A stretch of DNA of 64,000 bases, from the IMG/VR virus record IMGVR_UViG_3300045738_002140, positions 1 through 64,000 of that record; one strand, given 5' to 3'. The position numbers and the translations under genes are program-made. This DNA is from a virus. This document shows, in pieces, positions 10,301 through 18,938 of the stretch. Numbering within the stretch: position 1 is the stretch's first letter; every line of letters starts with the position of its first letter. The notes below the pieces were generated by a model. The model saw only the letters and a list, made by a program, of their open reading frames with translations. It ran no database searches and was not told where the DNA came from.

Positions 10301-12178
10301 AGTCGACTAATAGATATGCAGTGGAAAGCAAGCTCGGCGATCGCTTCATCTAACATATCAGTAGAAGAACAGATAAAACTATACGAAAAGCTCGCCAAGT
10401 CCTCCACGGATCTTACCAATTCTAAATTGACAGAGACACAACAGATAACTGAATTTGGTCACGTAGTCGCAACGGCGATGAGAGAAATCGCAGCAGAGCA
10501 ACTAAGAAGAGGAGAAATAAGCACTGGCGAATATAGACAGCAAATAGGTGCAGAAAACGAAGCGGCCATACGAAACAGTCAATATGGTGGAAAGAATATG
10601 GGAAGATCTTTCGGCGGAGCATTACTCTATGACAATAAGGATATGCTAAGGGACTTCGACATGTTGATCGGGTCTTTGGCCGTTAACCTCAGGGATGGAG
10701 TAACAAACGCCTTCGAGGAGGCCATATATGGATCCAAAAAACTCAAGGAGGCATTTGCCGATATGTTTAAGGATCTTGCTAAGTCAATCCTTAGCGGTAT
10801 GATGAAGATGGCTTTCCAGAGATTGTTCGGGGCAATGGCTGGCGCAGCCATGGGAACTGGATCGGGTTGGGCACGAGGAGGACTCGTAGAAGGAGGATCA
10901 GGGGTTAGGGATGACGTACCGGCCAGATTAATGGGCGGAGAATTCGTTGTAAAAAAATCCATGGTAGACAAATATGGATCAGGATTTCTTGCCGCGCTTA
11001 ACTCAGGGTCCATACGAACAGCAGCGGGAGGGGGATCTTCCGAAGGCGCGGGATATAACGACTCAAAAACAGGAAAAGTTAAATACGAAGATGGCGAACA
11101 ACACCCGATGGCGAATAGGTATGTGTATAATAATCCAACAAAGCCCACAGAGGGACACTTTGAAGTTGACCCAAGAATGTCAGCCTATGCTTTGACTGAC
11201 CCAGATAATCCGCAAAACGATCTCAAGTTTGAGAGATATGAAAATCTGACTAATTACATAGAAGAAAAAGAAGAGTACGAAAAGATGAAGGCCGAAGCGC
11301 TGCAGCAATTTGAAGACAACAAGAGAAGACAAGCAAGAGGAGCATTGATACAAACAGCTATGACTTTTGCCATCATGGGCCTAGCTAATAAAATTACGAG
11401 TTGGCAGGCAGGAAAAAATAATGACGTCGTAGCAAAATATAACCGAGGAGAAACACTAACCCCCAAGGAAATGAAGAGGCTAGAGGGTGCGGTCAATGGA
11501 CCATTAGGGCGACATATGGATCCAACGGTAAGAGCAAATCTTCGAGAGGATTTTTCTGTCCACGGCGGTAGCGAAGGGAACATGGGGGGCTTTAATAGGA
11601 ATTTCAGAGCTAACAATGATCTGATGCCCGGAGGAGGCAAGATAAACGCTAGGTACGTACCCGGCTCATGGGGCGGTGGAACAGGGGCCACAGGTCCAAG
11701 AGGGGATACGGTTGGGGACTTTTTCGGTGGGAAAGATTGGACGCAAAAAAGTTATTTTCATAATCCAACAGGGGCTAAGGCGTTTAAACCGCAGGCCCAT
11801 GGAGGAATACACCCGTCCGACAATATTCCCGCAATGTTAACTGGTGGGGAGTTTGTGATGAACAAGGGCGTTGTCGACAAATACGGCATAGACTTCTTCA
11901 ATAGGCTAAATCAAGGAAACGTTTCAGCCTTCCAATCCGGAGGCCTAGTGGGCGGAAGTGATGCCTCTCCTGTCGCCGGCGGAGGCGCAGGGGAAATGAC
12001 CAACAACATCACTATCACGGTGAATATTGACAAGGACGGAAATACGAACTCAAATACAGAGGGCGGAACAGATGAGAGCAGCGGAAAACAACTCGCAAAG
12101 AGGGTTCACCAAGTTGTTATCGGAACCCTCATTGAAGAGAAGCGTCCCGGCGGTCTTCTGTATGGTGCGGGGGTCTAG
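1343..12178 (+). CDS. Phage tail tape measure protein (TP901-type N-terminal core), 3611 aa
   Basis: N-terminal TMP core (ATEFSRQGLG...LANVDAKFAVSSEDLAEAIKRVGS...GNSFKTIFTRI), long Ala/Gly-rich helical body, C-terminal GG...D.(V/I)PA.L.GGEFV repeats and a ...EEKRPGGLLY ending. Confidence 0.93.
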   Translation: MAELPTTLRVGVTIDRASLSRAERDVQRSFRNIQKLAKSGKLLGSAYTAPLGRITHSADEFTKSLEASNARVLAFGASAGAIYAVEAAFSALVRKTIEVEKSLKDINVILGLTSSDLRGFSRDLFKIAGETGQSFAELAKSATEFSRQGLGAAETLRRTRDAMILARLAGMDVIASTEALTAAMNTFNDTALTSTVIVNKLANVDAKFAVSSEDLAEAIKRVGSSAIAAGVSFDSLLATITAAQQKTARGGRVIGNSFKTIFTRIQRPRVIKQLQDMGVAVKDMSGNMKPAMEILQNFASTYDNLSDSQKALTAEMLGGVFQVNVLKATMSDLSSEYSIYSQALKVAANTTNEAVDRNEELNKTLAALLNETLNNVTAFAAAIGKTSVGPAIEKILGTINSIIEAFTIKDPESWGAKLGEGLLSGIGKVLSGPGLILLAALLAKIGANFLKFTIKAVQTFTGLNAAAQEQASIQTVIQNILIKNPEIINKATASAEGLLAVENAMLKVMQSQNTAMASAATLSASMAANLTAATKLGGGRVGGKKGAKASGGFIPNFAMKTADRTEAIGAMVNGYEAGETKRAHIKGIGQIIYNSKETKKDVGLGQDAILPPKNSLGADRYKKAFEQMHGYDPYTASGGFVPNFTAPKTKPKTAAGSLTVPSSQFGGVALIVSKDLGFGKLGFTKEALAKGKITVPDSMMGIKSKQGKSGDVLNVTGIRQYVPQSLSHGDISDKSKNSRFDDMIKQPLGGAVRAIAQKLLKPATKENFPNINKIMKLVKKDKSGYPQFAGRIFEAAINTAIWSKDMAGSNTWDHNPNQFSGNNKAVTDALIGNKGKGRVGVHIASNKYIDSKLSGLGSDAALKSMRGKLTGTAQIRNSIQQKLNAVAKTSAVAQKKGSLTPNVAITKKGVVKSGKWASAGFIPNFADGLAAAVQREAASPGIAEGQVKVGHDKRLYASGGLGVFNSTEGNLGNAIDSHMSMGKNINAIQKAGASGGFIPNFAGEHPLNQWLRSSAGIRTEKDPTGAKGLGRTDLAKMQKAFDNLNKAVEKGPGAIDKAYKNFRKFGSAAGLSRHEMSSFHKSLRTMTSQLTEQAKIRKTNITAAKSTGKALERLKGTTIATSTATEGTARRAAATKAAVSGRGAAAAAGGGGMGGMGMMAAFMLPSMLTGMVGGATSTAVPGQGAVNTNRIMDAISGGVMKGMVSHMVAGALGDAMKKGFEGLGKKGMTAGQVGSMTGSRGFSGSRLTAAARARQAGGAAQGMMGRAGTSMLATKVGGKVASQAFKAVPYVGWAIAVADITSELADVFDQWNVNVRAAEGNLAQANFELTKTSETFNEFFKISADLNEMTQGYKKPDPFVIEEMKSRQMETLDRMDPKNRQAMIGAMKRGASTKELEHIAKRATEDAKRETDYGKVKLYAHRMRSAESKKTGEFSVAAGNDLLGKVTKAGITGTGINIAKDMARTISRMPFETIMPSGAVGPNVDLISRQNTIGGEKVTLGNAVTTFNAGDTDDEMVDAAKALFSSGSWTGGWKDSFKKLQEIMDKSADLGNWEDEVGEVSTQFYKQFDLILEAMGKENPATKAAVLKIRGNMKLLNTEDTEGSATVLYEMLTELNRSFNKGAGDLAEYQIALKLHNERLAQTRKNVVNFSDRMFAMSKVLQDFTNQMSFNINVTKMSTKAEMDRANMMEKFAGKKAGMFGNDLAMTQFNADVAFRQLDRQEVANEQGERMSSTVGVTKAMSEFAGKFAKVSGRMGQFGLSPSKLTEKERLAWDALADMEGLTDSFSGGFVKGQVHLNEFITGLENSNKMMSGIYTGAIHPSAAGVPAELKQFTKEDKGLKERLNAQQHLVKSLKQISADGRANLELNQRSTNIERKNVYDRMKEGMEVQRIQREVSWGGGFQANLMATSLDHAFKIQDKANLVKHFGSDSAVGKQLQAETDFAMSKQLKTLGYRESDIDPTAKKRMIQTSAENMMRLGKMYGIKMDPEVAARRAAMQFQATFKEESPAELIRRYLQDNVAPMEAMKKMGDAAVGSGIFVVPGKGAIMQSYGPQAGGKSSRTSPGPGSGGSAQGTNVAGTISGAGSSTSTFLSSVSQALARAAKVFQAGASAQSSQGMSQASSQPSGLATGSGTSRSRPQSQRGQSANANQAGAGNAQSAGGSTQLSLRPDGSPRLMPPIPKKNKFDVELVAAELFEARLLKFGSVDFDSSARPFDPGTRARKDLDFELKEGDQALFPEKAISLIMSQLERGAPGHFKEGITDFTEEVKKWLREQYDLGPEQPTAPMVGPINKPGSPTGPKKGGGGTGAAGAVFGMAMAMRNLPEFKDLDPMAQLKLADEVFKQYGPGGIWFFSDPAARQLLPLMLNKSGVSLPRGFSSTGGGGGKSGGGKLRVVPTRPNKSQLPSGGGNTAATGAAKGKGKPAHVPNWESTGVTILTEEMQRDPHNEWYDHAKFGPRHLNPAWKGGRIKGSDGKIKNYPKYKKPTKKQSSLGSSSTTMTTSTGASLGIHSPSPQSSLDIPNLLNQIAVATAASVELLKKIEPHLHGSQGIGASGVSINNALNTGGVIPNVLGQMKKDTAIFAQVTPNIKKIGDIQRATHLGRLGAAGATAAKEYGITQLPGKWTDPNNVAAGPTKHDDLQAWFDLIKKEMGAELFDSIFEGIGAHRGPAGAVIKPGTPGLSSIPTMQNAAGDKLVDWKELDKILVSHSTRIRKEVEAAHKHAIMAAPFPDTTGPYGRPVGATQAGSLKTGIDDTVDGKVVGPAADTTGLGGALGRFFRLMFGKNKGPLTPKQGFVTPGGKPAVGEYEDTPLSYSSGTKGLLEFFRKNSSKFDADVIADVVKAIEARMPANQEKIKLQTTLDKILDEGFRGKGRSGGYGSPEMRFDSSGRDDPESFKDFEKARDLWIKTIEELKKKIKDLPDTKQPEEVRVDTSTRSMLIGSMQKQHGIGGSSQLTDASAIADKFKSLTTEDKSRDLMAGGGFTAQSRLIDMQWKASSAIASSNISVEEQIKLYEKLAKSSTDLTNSKLTETQQITEFGHVVATAMREIAAEQLRRGEISTGEYRQQIGAENEAAIRNSQYGGKNMGRSFGGALLYDNKDMLRDFDMLIGSLAVNLRDGVTNAFEEAIYGSKKLKEAFADMFKDLAKSILSGMMKMAFQRLFGAMAGAAMGTGSGWARGGLVEGGSGVRDDVPARLMGGEFVVKKSMVDKYGSGFLAALNSGSIRTAAGGGSSEGAGYNDSKTGKVKYEDGEQHPMANRYVYNNPTKPTEGHFEVDPRMSAYALTDPDNPQNDLKFERYENLTNYIEEKEEYEKMKAEALQQFEDNKRRQARGALIQTAMTFAIMGLANKITSWQAGKNNDVVAKYNRGETLTPKEMKRLEGAVNGPLGRHMDPTVRANLREDFSVHGGSEGNMGGFNRNFRANNDLMPGGGKINARYVPGSWGGGTGATGPRGDTVGDFFGGKDWTQKSYFHNPTGAKAFKPQAHGGIHPSDNIPAMLTGGEFVMNKGVVDKYGIDFFNRLNQGNVSAFQSGGLVGGSDASPVAGGGAGEMTNNITITVNIDKDGNTNSNTEGGTDESSGKQLAKRVHQVVIGTLIEEKRPGGLLYGAGV
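2987..4348 (+). repeat. Four dispersed AS(G/A)GF(I/V)PNF(A/T) peptide repeats inside the TMP
   Basis: Copies at 2987-3016, 3248-3277, 4091-4120 and 4319-4348. Confidence 0.9.
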
Positions 12179-12957
12179 GGGGAAGACGGTTTTTCTGAGA
12201 TCAAGGCGGAGTTGGAAATCTTAGCTATGTCGTGTATAGACTCTGTCATGTTCTGTGGTAGCTCAGCCTTCACTATCGCTTGTTTTTTTGTTTTTGCATT
12301 TTCATCGTTTGGGGGGGCAACAAGCACATTCGGTCGTCTCAGATATCCGCACCCCGGGTTTGCAATTATTATATTTGTTATTCTGCCATTTTCTACTTCC
12401 GCATATGCTTCCGCTTTAAATCCAAAAAAAGCGTCGCAAGGGGGGACTATGTCTATAGGTGGTGGATTTTTGTATCCTTCTCCTCCATCAAAAATAATAA
12501 ATCCAAAAATGTTATTGAATGGACTATAATCTTTTAAGTCTTGCAGGTCTGTTATTTCATCAAATCTTAAATTATCCGGAAGATCTCTTAGGAAGTTCTT
12601 TAAAGTTATAATTTTTTCTGTGCATTCTTCACATTTCTTTTCGAGAGAGATCATAAATGCAAGGTCTAGCTCCTTGAGGAGAAAATCTCTTTTTCTTTTT
12701 ATTGCTGCTGTTTTTTCGATAATCACGTTGTGTCTCTCGTCAAAGCTTAGTGCTCCTCTCTCGTCTACGCTGTACGCATCTGCAGTTACTCCTTCGCTTT
12801 GTCTTTTGTCGTGTTCTAGGAAGAAGTGTTTTTTTATTTTCAAGTTTCCGTAAAGCTGCTCCACCCTCTTGAGGGCTTCCTGCTCATGTGTTTCTATGGA
12901 AAAAGATAGATTCTTTTTCGTACCGTCTTCGAGAAATATGATTAAATTATTATTCAT
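12175..12957 (-). CDS. Tail fibre assembly chaperone-like protein with a C-terminal beta/Ig-like GxGY domain
   Basis: KRKRDFLLKELD...KNFLRDLP is typical of phage tail assembly chaperones; DGGEGY and NPGCGY motifs. ATG at 12957 follows the gpJ stop. Confidence 0.55.
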   Translation of the reverse strand: MNNNLIIFLEDGTKKNLSFSIETHEQEALKRVEQLYGNLKIKKHFFLEHDKRQSEGVTADAYSVDERGALSFDERHNVIIEKTAAIKRKRDFLLKELDLAFMISLEKKCEECTEKIITLKNFLRDLPDNLRFDEITDLQDLKDYSPFNNIFGFIIFDGGEGYKNPPPIDIVPPCDAFFGFKAEAYAEVENGRITNIIIANPGCGYLRRPNVLVAPPNDENAKTKKQAIVKAELPQNMTESIHDIAKISNSALISEKPSSP

Positions 12958-12958
12958 T

Positions 12959-15900
12959 TTAACATCCTGCAGCGATATTGTTCTCCCAATCGTTGGTCTC
13001 ATTTAAGGCTGCGCTCTTGCTTATCACTCTAAAATAGGCTTCATCTAAATAGCTTGCATCTATGAGCTTGCCCATGTGCACATCAAAATATGTTGTGGTT
13101 TTCGCCATACCCCCGAAACCTTGTCCGAAGCCAGCGGGGTGATGCTCGTATTCAGGGTTGCTTTGAAGAAGGGGATAACCCTCTCCCCACCCGTACTCGG
13201 TGCCTGATCCGTCTGGGTCGGGGTCCATCCAAGAATTAGGCTGGTCCTCTCCATCTGGGGAAGAGTATATGGTTCTTGCAAAATTAACGAATGAGTCGTT
13301 TGGTAATCTATATGTGGCGTTTCTTGCATTGCTTCCTATCACGGCATAATCTGCGTCAGGAGGGGTTGCGTCGGTAGCAATATGTACCCTGAACCTCTTA
13401 AAGTCTTTCCCTGCTGTCATATTGGCATAAGTAACGGGGCTGGCGGATTTCAGGCCACCTTCGAGATAGGCCTGAACAAAGCCGCAATAATAAGAGACAA
13501 CAGGCCCCGGGACGTATTCTCCGGCCGCGTTCAGTTTAAGTATTCTGTAGAACCAGTACGGACCGTAAAATTGTTCTTCTAGGTTCGAACATTCAAATCT
13601 TCTAAATCCATAAAGCCCTTGACTTGCTCCGTATTCATTAGCCGGCCCGTTTGGAGGGATCTCTTCTACACACGTTATGCCTCTGCCTATCCAGTCTCCG
13701 TTTTTCTTGAGCCTTATCCATATGTTCGTCCCCTGCCCAACTAGTCCATACAGTGTGTCTGTGGAAAATGTTATTTTTACTTTATTGGATATTTGCATCT
13801 CTTGCTCTTCATGATAGGATTCGTCTAACCTGTCCCTGCCTAGCGAAAAGTTATCAAGAAAGCCCATACATATATTAAGTTCTTGAGCGAGCCTTATTGT
13901 GTCTCTTTTGGGGGTTACTGTTATCGGGTTGTCTTCAGTCGTAAACTTCATTGCCTCAACCCCTCCCAGCAGCGAACCATCGGTTTTTACTACATACCCG
14001 TCACTGTTAACCTGTTTGCCTGCGATATCCGATGCGGGGTCAATGTTGGTGGTCGTAGGCCACGCGTAGACATAGCCTCCAGCAACATCTCCGCCAGAGC
14101 ATGACCATTCCGAATGGTCTATTTTTGTGAACAGTATTCTTATGTCTCTGTTGAGCTCTATGTTTTGTACTGAGCAAGTCCAATTGGCTGTGGGGCATTC
14201 CGTGAGGGTTTCCCAGTCTGTGAGGATGGGGGCGGGTATTAACTTGTCGTGCACCCTGTGTATATCGTATCCGTCTGCATTGCTCCAAGCTCCCGTAGAT
14301 GGATCTCCAGAATATGTTGATAGAATGCCTCCGGATGAGCTATTTAGATATTCATCATGGGCCTCAACTACTATATCGAATTCTCTCCTTGGGCCGCCGG
14401 GTACGGAAAGATGCTCTGCAAAGCCTAGTGTGAAAAACATTGTGCCTTGCTCTGCGGCTGGCCTAAAGCTCCTTATCTCATAGAAGATCGTGCTGTGCGG
14501 AGTATTGTTACTCGATGGTTCCCTGAGGGTTATCCTGTATGAAAGGTTACTGCTAAACGAGGACCCCTCTATGATTGATGCTAGCCAAGAAAAAGACAAA
14601 CCATTGGCTGGGTCGTTCGGAACCTCTTCTTTGGGGCACTCTTCGGAATCGGGGATTGTTGAGTCACCAGTTATTCTTCTGCCTGCAAGGTTGTCGTCCA
14701 CGTCTGATGAGAATCCTAAACCGTGGATAGTAATGTCTTCTATCGGTCTTACGTCTGATACGTGTTGAGTATCGTTGACGCTATAGGTTGAATGAAAACC
14801 CTGAACGTTAACTGCGAAAACCCTAAATCTATAGTGTCCTTCCTTGCTGGGGATAAAAGTTCCATGATGCCCTGCACCGTTATCCCAATGTGGTGTTCCG
14901 ATTAGGAACTCTGGGTTTGGTATTTTTTGGTTGTTTGCGCCGCCGGCCGAGCTGGAGCTGTCATTTATTGTTGAAAGCCACGAGGAGACACCTAGTTCGG
15001 CAAGGGTGTATCTTGCATCGAAATCTTGCGCAATCCAATGTTCTGGTGCTGATCCAGTTCCTGCGAACTTTAAATAAACATAATAAGTATTTAATCCCTT
15101 TCTGCAGGTTGCGTTAGCATTGGAGCTACAGTGGATCATTTTATATTTAATTTCTTTAGTGTGGCAGTTCGTGCATGGCGAATGAACGCTCAATTGCACG
15201 CTTGAGTTTCCTTCTATAGATGGGGTAAAGGTAACAGTCGAATCCTCGAAGCTAAGCCCGTGCTCTACGGAGTTGTATTTTTCTTCGTTATATTCTATAC
15301 CCGCAACATTGAATTTATTTGCCTCTGCTTCTTCAACGGATATTATCCTGTAGAGACTCGTTGTGCTCATTGCTTCCTCAAAGTCTGAAGCGTTGTAGTC
15401 TGTGCCTACCGGCTCTATCATCCAAACGCAACCTTGTTCTATGGTATAATCTGTATCATTAAAGGTCTCGCTTATAACAATAGCGTCGTGCTTTGTCCAT
15501 GGGTTTCCGATGCTGGTCCCCGGCACCACTGATGACCCTTGAAAGGTATGGCTCTGTATTTGCGGACGTCTTATGTCGTCTAGATCATCGCTGCTGCTTA
15601 TGTCTACGATGGCCGGATCGTAATTGTAGGACGGGGTTAATAGGGTCAGTTTATATGTCCTGTTGTCATCTATTGTGTCTGAGATTTCTCCCTTTGGGCA
15701 ATCAAAAATAATGGTCGTTGTCCCGCTGGCTACGCTGTAAGACGCTATCCTCCCCGCTCTTCTTTTGGTGTTCCTGTTGGAGTCGGAAACGTTTATGACG
15801 TCCCCGGGTTTTAGGAAGGAGGCCTCTATGCCTGCCGTAAAGCTTACGCTTTCGGTTTCTAGATTTTCTGTAAAGATAACCCATCTTCCTAGCCTTGCTG

Positions 15901-17518
15901 CTTGCCCTCTGCTGGTGCAGCCGAAGGCTGCCATTTCGGTTTCTCTTATTCCGTATTTTCTTATTCCATCTACGTCTTCTGCGTATTCTATTGCTGGCTT
16001 GTAAAAATTTTCTTTATCATTGTAGCGTATTATAGCTACTGTATGTCGTACTTTTGTGCTGCTATTTTGGTAAGCAAAATTTCCATCTTCTACGCTTGCA
16101 TTAGTAAATTGATAAACCGCTTCCTTTGGGGCGTCTTGTATCGCATAAATGTGTCCTGCGGAATAATAGGCCATACCCCTAAAAATAGAAGAGATATCAT
16201 TTACAACCTTGAACGCCTCTGCTCTCGTCGTTATGTAAAGATTGCATGTGAATCTTGGCTCAAAACCGCCAAAGCCATCTGCAACCATCTGGTCGCAGTA
16301 TCTAGCTATTTCGTATAACGTCCACTTATCAACTAAGTTTGGGTTTATATTTTTTCCAAGGCCGTATCTTCTGTTGGTTATAAGGTCATAAAAAATCCAA
16401 GCGGGGTTGTCTGTATAATAAGGTACAGCGTTTCCATCTCCTGCGGTTGTTTCTCCTTTAAATAATCCGTTCCAAACTGGACCAGAAGCTGGACCAGAGT
16501 ATGTTTTCATTATGTGATCATAATTACTGGGAATTTTCACCCTCATTCCTTCTGTTTCAAAGGCTCGATCAGGAATAGAACTAAAATATTCTCCTTGGAA
16601 CTTGGAGCCAACTAAGGCTGCGTTTGGGTATGCAAATTTAAGCCCATATATTTCCGTTATGCTGTCTACAAATGTTACATTTTTTATGTCTGTAGTTTCT
16701 GCTTCTACTGTTACTCTTTCTAGTTTTATTTCCCACCCCAAGAAGGAGTTTGCTTGGGTCAAGTCTACGTTGTCTTGGTCAATGTATTGTAGGGTAACCC
16801 TTACTGACTTTATAAAACCAGCAGTAGATTTTCCTTTTATTGTGTATAGGGACCCTTCTGGCGGGGCAAGATATGCCACGCCCTCTGCTGTGCCGTCATT
16901 AAAGATGGGCTTGTATTTTATGTCAAACTGTACAGCTGTGTCTTTTATGTCTCCAATCTTCTCCCAAACTTCTCTTTCTATTGCGTATAGAGCATTTACT
17001 TTTATATTAACTTCTATTTTGGCACATTCTGGATTTAGTATTCTGTAAATCTTTGGAAAAACCGAACCCGTAAGCACACCTTCTCTTGCTGTTGGGCCTC
17101 TTAGTCTTTCGCTTATGGTTCTTGTTCTTGTGGTTTCTGGGCTAACGCCTCCACCCACGTCTAGCTTTCCGTTTGGCTCCCCTTCTGTGTCGTATATTTC
17201 AAATTGTTGAAAGTTCGCTAATCCCTGAGCATCTACAACTGGAACCTGATTCCAGTAAATGGACCTATAGGTTCCTTTTGGGTTTGTGCTGCCCACGCCT
17301 TTAGCCCATGAGGTATATTGGTAACCGCTTACCCCTAGGTCTGTGTCTATCGAATAGCCTATCTGGCCCTCTTCGGCTTTGAACTTGTGTTCGCCACTTA
17401 TCAAGCCTTGAATTAATCCTTCAGACAAAAGATCGATAGTGTCTATCCTTGTCACAGAATAGGCCCTTACGGTCTGTCCGTCGATAACGTGTTCTATGCC
17501 TTCTGATACTTCTTCCAT
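12959..17518 (-). CDS. Tail tip / host-specificity protein, lambda gpJ-like (TipJ)
   Basis: IDLLSEGLIQGL, YTDNPAWIFYDLITNRRYGLG, IARYCDQMVADGFGGFEPRFTCN, AFGCTSRGQAARLGRW, LKPGDVI. Confidence 0.93.
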   Translation of the reverse strand: MEEVSEGIEHVIDGQTVRAYSVTRIDTIDLLSEGLIQGLISGEHKFKAEEGQIGYSIDTDLGVSGYQYTSWAKGVGSTNPKGTYRSIYWNQVPVVDAQGLANFQQFEIYDTEGEPNGKLDVGGGVSPETTRTRTISERLRGPTAREGVLTGSVFPKIYRILNPECAKIEVNIKVNALYAIEREVWEKIGDIKDTAVQFDIKYKPIFNDGTAEGVAYLAPPEGSLYTIKGKSTAGFIKSVRVTLQYIDQDNVDLTQANSFLGWEIKLERVTVEAETTDIKNVTFVDSITEIYGLKFAYPNAALVGSKFQGEYFSSIPDRAFETEGMRVKIPSNYDHIMKTYSGPASGPVWNGLFKGETTAGDGNAVPYYTDNPAWIFYDLITNRRYGLGKNINPNLVDKWTLYEIARYCDQMVADGFGGFEPRFTCNLYITTRAEAFKVVNDISSIFRGMAYYSAGHIYAIQDAPKEAVYQFTNASVEDGNFAYQNSSTKVRHTVAIIRYNDKENFYKPAIEYAEDVDGIRKYGIRETEMAAFGCTSRGQAARLGRWVIFTENLETESVSFTAGIEASFLKPGDVINVSDSNRNTKRRAGRIASYSVASGTTTIIFDCPKGEISDTIDDNRTYKLTLLTPSYNYDPAIVDISSSDDLDDIRRPQIQSHTFQGSSVVPGTSIGNPWTKHDAIVISETFNDTDYTIEQGCVWMIEPVGTDYNASDFEEAMSTTSLYRIISVEEAEANKFNVAGIEYNEEKYNSVEHGLSFEDSTVTFTPSIEGNSSVQLSVHSPCTNCHTKEIKYKMIHCSSNANATCRKGLNTYYVYLKFAGTGSAPEHWIAQDFDARYTLAELGVSSWLSTINDSSSSAGGANNQKIPNPEFLIGTPHWDNGAGHHGTFIPSKEGHYRFRVFAVNVQGFHSTYSVNDTQHVSDVRPIEDITIHGLGFSSDVDDNLAGRRITGDSTIPDSEECPKEEVPNDPANGLSFSWLASIIEGSSFSSNLSYRITLREPSSNNTPHSTIFYEIRSFRPAAEQGTMFFTLGFAEHLSVPGGPRREFDIVVEAHDEYLNSSSGGILSTYSGDPSTGAWSNADGYDIHRVHDKLIPAPILTDWETLTECPTANWTCSVQNIELNRDIRILFTKIDHSEWSCSGGDVAGGYVYAWPTTTNIDPASDIAGKQVNSDGYVVKTDGSLLGGVEAMKFTTEDNPITVTPKRDTIRLAQELNICMGFLDNFSLGRDRLDESYHEEQEMQISNKVKITFSTDTLYGLVGQGTNIWIRLKKNGDWIGRGITCVEEIPPNGPANEYGASQGLYGFRRFECSNLEEQFYGPYWFYRILKLNAAGEYVPGPVVSYYCGFVQAYLEGGLKSASPVTYANMTAGKDFKRFRVHIATDATPPDADYAVIGSNARNATYRLPNDSFVNFARTIYSSPDGEDQPNSWMDPDPDGSGTEYGWGEGYPLLQSNPEYEHHPAGFGQGFGGMAKTTTYFDVHMGKLIDASYLDEAYFRVISKSAALNETNDWENNIAAGC

Positions 17519-17522
17519 GGCT

Positions 17523-18188
17523 TTATGATGTTATGTTGCTTCCTTCATCTTCGGAGTCTCTGTATATTATATCATAAGACGCGCCTACTACTTGGGACCC
17601 TATCATTAATTTTCCATATAGCACAGGGACCGGACCACCTTCGTTCACTGTGTTCTGCGGGCCGTTAAAAAGATATGATGATCTTTTGTTAACTTGTTGT
17701 ATTTCTCTAAAGTCTTCGAATTCTGGAGGCTCCGTTAACATGCTGGAAATTCCTTGGAATATAAGTCCTGCCCCCATAACGGCCATCCCTACTCCCCATC
17801 CAAAAAAGAGGCCACCAATCATCAGGATAACACCGATTATGATTAGCAGGGTTTCCCAGAAGCCTGAGTCTGACCCTTCCACGACGGGTATAATATCTAT
17901 ACTCTTTATGTTTTTTCTTTTTAGGGTTAGCTCTGAGTTTTTTATGCTTTCTGGTTCGTCTACTGAGAGCTCGTGTTTTTCTTGATTTATTATATCTTCG
18001 TTGTTTACAAGCACTCTATATTTTATGTTCTTTTTTTCATTTTTAAGTAAATTTTTATAAAGTTTTCTACCACTGCATATTTCAATAGCGTGAAGTGCTT
18101 CGCTAACACTGCCAATTGCCATGTCAAAGGTTTTTCCTACCTTGTCTCCAAGGACTCCGTGGAGTGTTATTTTTGTTAAGGATTTCAT
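17523..18188 (-). CDS. Tail assembly protein, lambda gpI-like
   Basis: ITLHGVLG ubiquitin-like N-terminus, IIPVVEGS, hydrophobic segment, SYLFNGPQNTVNEGGPVPVLYG. Confidence 0.9.
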   Translation of the reverse strand: MKSLTKITLHGVLGDKVGKTFDMAIGSVSEALHAIEICSGRKLYKNLLKNEKKNIKYRVLVNNEDIINQEKHELSVDEPESIKNSELTLKRKNIKSIDIIPVVEGSDSGFWETLLIIIGVILMIGGLFFGWGVGMAVMGAGLIFQGISSMLTEPPEFEDFREIQQVNKRSSYLFNGPQNTVNEGGPVPVLYGKLMIGSQVVGASYDIIYRDSEDEGSNITS

Positions 18189-18934
18189 TATATTAAATTT
18201 TTGTGCCTTATTATGTAGGAGGTTCTTCTCTTGAAGGAGTCCGTGTATTCTTCTACTAAGGAATATTTTCCCCTTGGCTGATGAAGCATTAGTCCGTTGT
18301 CGAGGTAAATGGAAATATGCTCTGTGTGTTTTAAAAATTTAAATAGAATACAATCATATTTATTGAGCTTTATCTCTGGGGTTGGTGGTCCTTCGTGAAT
18401 CCTAATGAACCCCTCTTTTTCGTAATTTGAATCATAGAGCAATGGGGTTTCGTCCTGCCATTTTTCATCTCTATAATAATCATTTATATTTATATTTAAT
18501 TCCGTTCTAAAAAAATCTCTAAAAACAGAAAAACAATCCATCTTTCCCATTTCAAATTCTCTCCCTATATACGAAGGGCACTGCGAAGATTGGGTCGGCA
18601 AAGGATACTCGCTGAAACAATCCCCTTTCACGGAGTAAAGAATAGACTTCAGTTCAAGCCCTTCGCTGCTTTGTTTGTCTAGCTCAGAAAAACCATTTTC
18701 GCTTTTGGGGTGAGAGTGATAGCACGCTATAATGGTTCCTGTTCTGCTGGCAAAGAGGTAGTCCGAGGGGGAAATGGTGAAGTGGTGTTCTGGATTTTCG
18801 GATATGTTTTTGCATTGGAAAGCTTCTAATGTTTTGGAAGAATGATTAGCAACAACAAGCCCGCAACATTCGTTTGGGTAAGCCTCAAGTGAATGGGCTT
18901 TGATTTGTTTTTTTATTTCTTTGTCTAAGGTCAT
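18188..18934 (-). CDS. Tail assembly protein, lambda gpK-like (JAB/MPN + NlpC/P60)
   Basis: PNECCG, YHSHP...SELD (JAB); GREF..G.MDCF...H.SIYL....MLHQ (NlpC/P60). Confidence 0.92.
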   Translation of the reverse strand: MTLDKEIKKQIKAHSLEAYPNECCGLVVANHSSKTLEAFQCKNISENPEHHFTISPSDYLFASRTGTIIACYHSHPKSENGFSELDKQSSEGLELKSILYSVKGDCFSEYPLPTQSSQCPSYIGREFEMGKMDCFSVFRDFFRTELNININDYYRDEKWQDETPLLYDSNYEKEGFIRIHEGPPTPEIKLNKYDCILFKFLKHTEHISIYLDNGLMLHQPRGKYSLVEEYTDSFKRRTSYIIRHKNLI

Positions 18935-18938
18935 TTTA

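Noticed and set aside
1588-11691. Numerous antisense and alternate-frame ORFs within the TMP, and similar ones across the window
   Set aside because: Shadows of long real genes, with no recognisable motifs or expression signals
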